Assembly: GCA_045594405.1 (NCBI GenBank)
Contig: JAZNYN010000150.1
Coordinates: forward strand, 1 to 42,890
Length of the DNA: 42,890 nt
Direction: 5' to 3'
DNA from: Anaeroplasma sp.
GTDB taxonomy: Bacteria > Bacillota_I > Bacilli_A > Acholeplasmatales > Anaeroplasmataceae
The notes beneath the pieces were generated by a model, which was not told where the DNA came from, searched no databases, and worked only from the letters and a program-made list of their open reading frames with translations. The position numbers and the translations under genes are program-made. Below, in pieces: positions 36,137 through 42,890 of this stretch (the first letter of the stretch is position 1; each line of letters opens with the position of its first letter).

Positions 36137-39097
36137 ATGACTAAAAAATTAATCTTATTAATCTTAGCATTACCTTTATTATTAATGGTTTGTTTGTTTG
36201 CTACTACTGAAACAGTAAGCTTAACAATTAGCGTGCCAGTATCTGGAATTGATGTTATTGGTAATGAGATAATATATTTAGATTTAGATCAAAATGAGAA
36301 ATATTTTGTCGATTATGTAATTTATCCAACTAATGCTGAAAATCTTGATGTAAATATGACAACAGAGCAGGTTGGTGATGATAGATTAGCAGGCCTAGCT
36401 TTTGAGGATGGTTATATTGTTCCTAAGAGCGTAGGTAAGGCCAAGGTTTATATTAACACTATCGATGGTGGTTATAGTGATAGCTTCATCGTTCAGGTTG
36501 ATTCAAACAAGCTACAAGCTATTGAATGTACAGTTTCTAACTCACAAATTTATGTTGGTGAAACAGCAACTATTGATACAAGCTTTATTCCAACAACTGC
36601 TTCAACTAAGGTTATCACATATAGGTCTAGTGATTCTTCTGTTGCAACAGTAAATAACAGAGGTATTATTACAGGTGTTGCTAAGGGTTATGCAACTATA
36701 ACTGTTTGTTCAAAGGATAATGAAGATATTTATGATACGATTGATATTCAAATTAATAACAAAGATGTTATGGATTTAGGTCAAACAGAGGTAATCTCTT
36801 GGAATACAAATGGTAGTTTAAATATTTCAATTGATACATTAGAGCAATATCAAATTGCATATGCTGTTAAGGATGACCTAGGCAATGACAAATCTGATAT
36901 TGTAACATTTGTACTTGATGAGACAAATAAGGCTGAAGGTAAATTAAAATTAGATTATACTATTCAAGAAGGCTTCATTGGTGTTCTAGTTATTGAAATT
37001 ACAATTGAAACTGAGGGTGGTCATGTATTAACTAAGTCAACAACAGTTAATATTATTGATGAGCTTGAGGCTAGCTTTTTATATGATAAGACACCTAATT
37101 TTGTTGTAGGTGAGGTTAATTCATTAATTTACGTTCTAAATCCATATGATGCAAACGTATCTTACGAAGTAGAAAGTGATAATGATAATGTATTAGTTCA
37201 AATGAATGATGAGCAATTAATTATTTTTGCTCAAAAGGCTGGTGTTTCAAAGGTTACGTTAACAATTTTAAGTAATGATGTAGATGGTCAATCAATAGCT
37301 ATAGACCTTGATGTTGCTGTAGCTCCTAAGGGCTTTACTATTAATGAAAGTGCTAATAGCTATGGTATTGAGGGAACTTATACAATTGGTCAATATAATT
37401 CAGATGGTACACTAACTGATCATAAGCTTAGTTTATCTTATACTAGCAAGGCTGATGAATCTGATATTGGTTCAGGATTTAAAGACAATCTAACATTTAT
37501 TTCTTCAAATGATAAGGTATCAATTGATTCTGAAGGTAAAATCACAATCAATGATTCCAGCATTAATGAAATCGTAGAATTTAGAGGCGTATTTAGCTAT
37601 GGTACATATAAGCTTGAATCACAACCAATCAAGATTAGATGTGTTGGTGGTGCTTATGATGTTGATTCATATTTAGAGCTTTATAAGGCGGTTAGTGAAA
37701 ATAAAGAGGTAGTTCTTCAAGACAGTATCAAGGATGACTTTGGATATGATGAGAACAATAATGTAGTATATTCTACAATAAAAACTACATACGACTGGGA
37801 TTACCATAAAAACAGAGGAAGCTCACAGCCTTTAGTTAAGGTTTTATTAAATATTAAAAACAACATTTATGGTAATGGCTATGAGATTAATGCCAATAAC
37901 ATTACAAATAAGCTAGATGGCAATAATCAGCTTACATCTGATGCTATTTTCCGTGGACCACTTAACTTCGTTGCTTTAACTGACAGCAGCACAGGTGGTG
38001 GTGCGGTAAGCGTTAAGGGTCAAGATAACATAGTATTTGCAGTATACGAAAATGTAAACCTAAACAATGTAATACTAAAATCTTGTGACCTAGATTCTGG
38101 CGAAAGCAGCACATATGATCTAGTTGATTTAGATTATACAGGTACTACAGTTGAGGTATTAGGTGACAACGTAAACATCGAATATTCAAGAATAAGCAAT
38201 GGTAGAACAGTTTTAAGAGTTTTTGGTGATATCAATGATTCATCAAAGGTTATTAATTTAAACATTAAGAATTCAGAATTGTCAAACGGTAGAGAGTTTA
38301 TTTTGCGTATGGGTACTAACGCTTTTGTAAATGGTAGCTTAAGTGAATCATCAGTTAACCTACCTGGCTCAACACATACAAAGTTCCCTGTTCATACGAC
38401 ATATGATTTAATGAACGATACTGATAAAAAAGCATATGAGGATGCATTTATAAAAACATTCGTTAACATAAAGGATTCTGCATTTAGAAATTCTGGTATC
38501 TTCTGTGTAGGTATGGATTCTCACTTCTCTGGTCCAATGCTAGCTGATGGTGTTAGTATGTTTGACAATGCAACATACCAACAAATGCTAAGGGGCTGGA
38601 AGGACCTAGCAAAAACAAGCTATGGTGCCAAGCTTTCATTTGAAGGTGATGTAAGAATTTATGACTGGAAGAAGCTAGACGATGTAGATAGCTCAACATT
38701 AATTGATGTAATGGGCTTTGAAAATAATGACACATTCGGAACAATGTCACTTAATGTCAAGGAGCTAGTTAGAAGCCTTGCATCAAGCAATGACAACTAT
38801 AAGACAATTTTAGTTAACCATAATGACACAGATTACGTTCATGGTGGTATTGCTTTCTTTGGCGGTGGTAAGAATTACAGTGTATTTGATGATACAAATT
38901 ACAATTCTTACACATTAAGTGGATATACAGTTTCATTAAGTGATACTAGTGTTCAGTATCTTGCAATGGCAGCGGGAAGTCAGCCGTTCTATTTCTTATT
39001 ACACGATAGAACATCTAACTTCTCTCCGCAAGATCAAGAAAATTTACTTTCAACAGGTGAAGCATACGACTTCATCTTACCACATCACAATAGCTAA
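36137..39097 (+). CDS. N-terminally anchored protein with Big_2 Ig-like domains and an unassigned C-terminal domain (possible beta-helix)
   Basis: Hydrophobic N-terminus; YPTNA.N, ITYRSSDSSVATVNNRGIITGVAKGYATITV (Big_2); later IYGNGYEIN, VNLNNVIL, VNIEYSRI, LNIKNSEL, VNIKDSAF strands. Confidence 0.8.
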   Translation: MTKKLILLILALPLLLMVCLFATTETVSLTISVPVSGIDVIGNEIIYLDLDQNEKYFVDYVIYPTNAENLDVNMTTEQVGDDRLAGLAFEDGYIVPKSVGKAKVYINTIDGGYSDSFIVQVDSNKLQAIECTVSNSQIYVGETATIDTSFIPTTASTKVITYRSSDSSVATVNNRGIITGVAKGYATITVCSKDNEDIYDTIDIQINNKDVMDLGQTEVISWNTNGSLNISIDTLEQYQIAYAVKDDLGNDKSDIVTFVLDETNKAEGKLKLDYTIQEGFIGVLVIEITIETEGGHVLTKSTTVNIIDELEASFLYDKTPNFVVGEVNSLIYVLNPYDANVSYEVESDNDNVLVQMNDEQLIIFAQKAGVSKVTLTILSNDVDGQSIAIDLDVAVAPKGFTINESANSYGIEGTYTIGQYNSDGTLTDHKLSLSYTSKADESDIGSGFKDNLTFISSNDKVSIDSEGKITINDSSINEIVEFRGVFSYGTYKLESQPIKIRCVGGAYDVDSYLELYKAVSENKEVVLQDSIKDDFGYDENNNVVYSTIKTTYDWDYHKNRGSSQPLVKVLLNIKNNIYGNGYEINANNITNKLDGNNQLTSDAIFRGPLNFVALTDSSTGGGAVSVKGQDNIVFAVYENVNLNNVILKSCDLDSGESSTYDLVDLDYTGTTVEVLGDNVNIEYSRISNGRTVLRVFGDINDSSKVINLNIKNSELSNGREFILRMGTNAFVNGSLSESSVNLPGSTHTKFPVHTTYDLMNDTDKKAYEDAFIKTFVNIKDSAFRNSGIFCVGMDSHFSGPMLADGVSMFDNATYQQMLRGWKDLAKTSYGAKLSFEGDVRIYDWKKLDDVDSSTLIDVMGFENNDTFGTMSLNVKELVRSLASSNDNYKTILVNHNDTDYVHGGIAFFGGGKNYSVFDDTNYNSYTLSGYTVSLSDTSVQYLAMAAGSQPFYFLLHDRTSNFSPQDQENLLSTGEAYDFILPHHNS

Positions 39098-39127
39098 AAA
39101 GCTTTTGAAAAACGGGGGTAAAAGATT

Positions 39128-42100
39128 ATGAAAAAGAAAATTATATTTAGTATTCTGGGCCTTTTCATAGCTACTGGTGCTACAACAACAGGTATTGTTT
39201 TATCACAAGCAGATTATACATTAAACACAGAATACTTTGATGATGAGTTTATTTTAGAGGAAAACATAAATACAGAAGGATTAATCATTGTTAAGGAAAC
39301 TCCTACAAAGATAGAGGATATCCAGGTAACTACTGATATGGTTGAAGGCTTTGATACATCAACAGCTGGCCATAAGGTGTTAGTTATTAATTACAAGAAC
39401 GAAAAATTTGCTGTAGATTATGTCGTTAAATATCAAGTGCAATTTTATGTTCAAAACGAGCTAATTCACTCACAAAACATTTTATCTGTAAGTGAGCTTA
39501 TTATGCCAGAAGACCCTGTTGTTGAGGGGTATGATTTTGAAGGATGGACTCCTGATATTCCATCTAAAATTTCAGACAACATGGACTTTGACGCTAAGCT
39601 TGTTAATTTTGAAACAAGAATTCCAGCATTACCTTCAAGAAACGCAACATATGGGGATTTGTTGAGTAATATTGCATTACCATCTAGCGAATTTGGTAGA
39701 TGGGTATTTACTGCACCAGAGGGTACAACGGTTGGTAACGTAGGTTCAAATGTTTTTGAGGTTAAATTCATTCCTGCTAATAGTCAACACAAAGAGGTTT
39801 ATGATAATGTGACTATTAATGTTTCAAAGAAGGAATTAGTATTTAAGGATTTAGTAACAACATTTGTTTATGATGGTACTCCAAAGAAACCAACCTTCAC
39901 ATTGGATGCTGAGGTTAAAGAGGTTTCTGTTTTAGGTGAGGCAACAGATGTTGGTGAATATACATATTCTATTTCAATTAAGGATGATAATTATAAAGGC
40001 TCTGCTTATGGAAAATTTACTATCACTCCTGCTGAAGTAACTATTAATATCGCAAATAAAACAATTAAATATATGGATGCTGTTCCTGCAATTGAGTATG
40101 AGGTAATTGGTTTAGATGAAAAATTATTAAACATCACAACTATTTCTCCAAGCGTGCCACATGCAGGTACACATTATTACAATGTAATAGTCAATAACGA
40201 TAATGTTATAGCTACAATTAATGGCGGTGTATTAACTGTTGAGGCTGTTGATTTTGAGGATATTGGTATTATTATTCCTAATCCTACATTTGCCCCATCA
40301 ATTGTATATGGTGATACATTAGCTGATATTACTATCGTTAATGACAATCCAAATGGTGTGTGGACATGGAAGGATTCATCTATTGTTGTTAATGATTCAT
40401 TAGATTCATTTGAACAAACAGAGGATGGTATTTACTTTACTGCTACTTTAATATTCACACCAAAATCTTTAGTAGATTATGACATTATTGAGCGTGATAT
40501 AAAGATTCAAATATTAAAGAAGGAATTACAAATTAATGTAATTGAAAATACATTTACATATGCACCAGACATTTATCATAGTGTAATTTATCAAATTGCA
40601 GATGGATCATATAATTCAGAAAATATTACTGTAACAGGTAATGTAATTGAAAATCAAGCTGGTCTATATAATGGTTTAATTTTATCTATTGATGATTATA
40701 GATATTCAGGATTTGTTAATACGTATTTAAAAATAGAAAAGGCTAATCCAACATTTGAAATTCCTCAAGACTTAGAGGGTGAGTGGAGCACTAAGGTTGA
40801 AAACATTAATCTTCCTGATAACTTCGAATGGAAGAATTCTAATGATCGATTAACTGACGTTTTAGAAAAACAAGCATTTAATGTTGTATATACTCCTGAT
40901 GATACGGCTAATTATAATGTTATCGAGGCTGAGGTTTTAGTGTATGTTAAGAAGTCTACAGCAGCCTACATTATAGTAGAAGGAAATTTAACAACATTTA
41001 ATTACGTATATTCAAATGAGGTTATTGATATTACTAGCTTCTTCTCAGGCTCATATGAGGATAGTAGATTATTATTTGAATATGAAATGAAGGGTGGTTT
41101 AGTTTCTGAAATTAAGGATGCTGGAATTTATAATGTTACAGTTACCTTATTAGAATCAGAATACTATGTTGGTAAGATCATGGAAGTTACAGTTAATGTT
41201 GTTCCATCACAAGATATTGAATTACCATATACTACTGGTATAACTGCGACATATGGCGACACATTAGGAATGTATTCATTTGACTCAAACCCTTATGGCT
41301 ATTGGGTATGGAGTGTTGAAGGTGTATCAGAAGAGGATGTCAACAATATAGCTGTAGGTGAAGTGGGAACTAGAGAATTTAAGGCTCTATTCATTTCAAC
41401 AAACAGTAACTATGACGACTTCGAATATAATATTAGATTCACTGTAAATGCTAAGACACTATATTTTGGAAACATTACTAACGTTTACACATATGATGGT
41501 GAATATCATAATATAAAATATACTTTATACACAGATGAAGAATTGACTTCAGAATTTGTGGGTAATATTAATGTTGAAAATAATACAAAATTTAAGAACG
41601 CATCTAAATATACAATCAACCTAGTTATTGATGAAGCAAACTACGTAGGGTTATATTCTACAGAGCTTATTATTAATAAACAATCTGTTGAGGCGCCTTT
41701 AGCATGCGAAACTATATATGTTTATAATACATTAGAGCAAACGTATGTTCTTGAAGAATCTGAATTATATACAATTAACGGAAATAACCAAACTAATGCA
41801 GGTGAATATGATGTTATAGTAGCATTAGCAGATCCTGCTAACTATGTTTGGGAGGAAAAGGATTCATTACCATTAACATATTCGTTTGTAATTAATAAGA
41901 AAGCTATTTCTGAGCCTACATTAGTTGGTGAATATGAATATACTGGTTATGAATTAACTGCCCAATTAGAAGGCTATGATTCAGTATATATGACAATCAA
42001 AGGAAATAAGCAAACAGATGCAAGTACATATGAGATTAAAATCACACTAAATAACAATTATATGTGGGATGAAGAATCTGATGGTATTTTCGAGTGGACT

Positions 42101-42890
42101 ATCACTCCAATGGACATTGATGTAGAGTGGTCAGTGGCTGAGCGTTATGTTTATAATTCTAATGCCCTAACACGTCCAACAGCATTATATGAAGGAGTTT
42201 CTATTGATGTTGAATGTGACCAAGAACAATTTATCAATGTAGGTGAATATACATTTACTGCTTCAACTACGAATACAAATTACGTTATCAATAATAATAC
42301 ATGTGTTATTAATATTGAAAAGGGTAAAGCAGAAATAGATGTAGATATTACGCCTATTGTTGTTGATTATTCAAAGGATTTAGTTATTGATATTCCAGAG
42401 GCAACAACTAATTTAGGTGAGGTTGTTGTTAGCTATGCTGAAATGGTTAATGCTGGTGAATATACAATTACATACACAGTAGAAGAAAACAACAATTATG
42501 ACGGTGACACAGTAACTGTTGATGTTATTATCAATAAGGCTAAGGTAGCTAAGCCAACAGCTGATACAACAAGCTTCGTATATACAGGTGAGGCTCAAAC
42601 TTATACACTTGCAACAAGTGATTTATATACAATTTCAGGTGATTTAACATTAACTAATGCTACATCATCTACAATTACTGTAGCACTTAATGATACAGCA
42701 AATTATGAATGGGCTGATGGAACAACTAACGCATTAACATTTACATTTACAATTGCAAAGGCACAAGCTGTTATTACAGTTGATACTACAAATGTAGAAT
42801 TTACTTATGGTGATCAAACTCATACAGTAAGAACAGCAACTTCAAGCTTCGGTGATGTAGAATGTAGCCATAGTGGTGTGTTATCAGATG
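39128..42890 (+). CDS. Very large repeat-rich surface protein / adhesin (>1254 aa, truncated by window end)
   Basis: Missing from the ORF track because no stop falls in the window. MKKKIIFSILGLFIA.. signal/anchor; Big_3-like GFDTSTAG.K; B-repeat P.VEGYDFEGW; repeated YGD.L...G.W, (F/Y).YDG, (N/D)AG.Y and NY.W modules (MBG/Ig-like). Frame spot-checked at 39602 and 42842. Confidence 0.9.
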   Translation, partial: MKKKIIFSILGLFIATGATTTGIVLSQADYTLNTEYFDDEFILEENINTEGLIIVKETPTKIEDIQVTTDMVEGFDTSTAGHKVLVINYKNEKFAVDYVVKYQVQFYVQNELIHSQNILSVSELIMPEDPVVEGYDFEGWTPDIPSKISDNMDFDAKLVNFETRIPALPSRNATYGDLLSNIALPSSEFGRWVFTAPEGTTVGNVGSNVFEVKFIPANSQHKEVYDNVTINVSKKELVFKDLVTTFVYDGTPKKPTFTLDAEVKEVSVLGEATDVGEYTYSISIKDDNYKGSAYGKFTITPAEVTINIANKTIKYMDAVPAIEYEVIGLDEKLLNITTISPSVPHAGTHYYNVIVNNDNVIATINGGVLTVEAVDFEDIGIIIPNPTFAPSIVYGDTLADITIVNDNPNGVWTWKDSSIVVNDSLDSFEQTEDGIYFTATLIFTPKSLVDYDIIERDIKIQILKKELQINVIENTFTYAPDIYHSVIYQIADGSYNSENITVTGNVIENQAGLYNGLILSIDDYRYSGFVNTYLKIEKANPTFEIPQDLEGEWSTKVENINLPDNFEWKNSNDRLTDVLEKQAFNVVYTPDDTANYNVIEAEVLVYVKKSTAAYIIVEGNLTTFNYVYSNEVIDITSFFSGSYEDSRLLFEYEMKGGLVSEIKDAGIYNVTVTLLESEYYVGKIMEVTVNVVPSQDIELPYTTGITATYGDTLGMYSFDSNPYGYWVWSVEGVSEEDVNNIAVGEVGTREFKALFISTNSNYDDFEYNIRFTVNAKTLYFGNITNVYTYDGEYHNIKYTLYTDEELTSEFVGNINVENNTKFKNASKYTINLVIDEANYVGLYSTELIINKQSVEAPLACETIYVYNTLEQTYVLEESELYTINGNNQTNAGEYDVIVALADPANYVWEEKDSLPLTYSFVINKKAISEPTLVGEYEYTGYELTAQLEGYDSVYMTIKGNKQTDASTYEIKITLNNNYMWDEESDGIFEWTITPMDIDVEWSVAERYVYNSNALTRPTALYEGVSIDVECDQEQFINVGEYTFTASTTNTNYVINNNTCVINIEKGKAEIDVDITPIVVDYSKDLVIDIPEATTNLGEVVVSYAEMVNAGEYTITYTVEENNNYDGDTVTVDVIINKAKVAKPTADTTSFVYTGEAQTYTLATSDLYTISGDLTLTNATSSTITVALNDTANYEWADGTTNALTFTFTIAKAQAVITVDTTNVEFTYGDQTHTVRTATSSFGDVECSHSGVLSD

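Noticed and set aside
3427-42598. Short overlapping ORFs in the track (e.g. 3427, 3440, 4548, 6905, 9469, 9632, 11664, 13715, 14774, 15442, 16790, 17619, 23595, 23987, 25466, 26226, 27810, 31614, 32944, 36465, 38553, 38940, 39466, 42413)
   Set aside because: They are antisense or off-frame shadows of well-supported genes or of the tRNA, with no recognisable motifs.

Overview
AT-rich bacterial chromosomal window. The gene content (many lipoproteins, InlB-type B-repeats, CIRCE sites, a SpoVT-like regulator, Trp as TGG only, stops almost all TAA/TAG) suggests an Anaeroplasma/Acholeplasma-like or related reduced Bacillota member; this taxonomy is inference. (1) 1-12.3 kb, + strand: a candidate nucleic-acid foraging cluster. 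It has three surface lipoprotein nucleases or hydrolases of different folds (lamin-tail plus thermonuclease, ComEC-like metallo-beta-lactamase, endonuclease I), a CUT1 ABC importer with no ATPase, a duplicated OB-fold-like lipoprotein, NrnA nanoRNase, a 27-codon ABC-ATPase remnant and tRNA-Gln(UUG). (2) 12.4-31.4 kb: mostly housekeeping. It includes mnmE, an aminotransferase, two Hsp20 genes under two CIRCE sites, DUF523, SpoVT-like, a shortened PTS enzyme I, a phosphodiesterase, a heterodimeric ABC exporter, Lrp, threonine aldolase, a ROK kinase and an S66 peptidase. An apparently domesticated, inactive transposase sits inside the ROK-aldolase operon. (3) 31.5-42.9 kb: a LytTR/GHKL two-component pair divergent from an operon for an ABC ATPase, a permease, a 986-aa Ig-like protein and a >1254-aa repeat-rich surface protein that runs off the window. 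No CRISPR array, rRNA, integrase or intact IS was seen. All family calls come from motif recognition by eye, without database searches.
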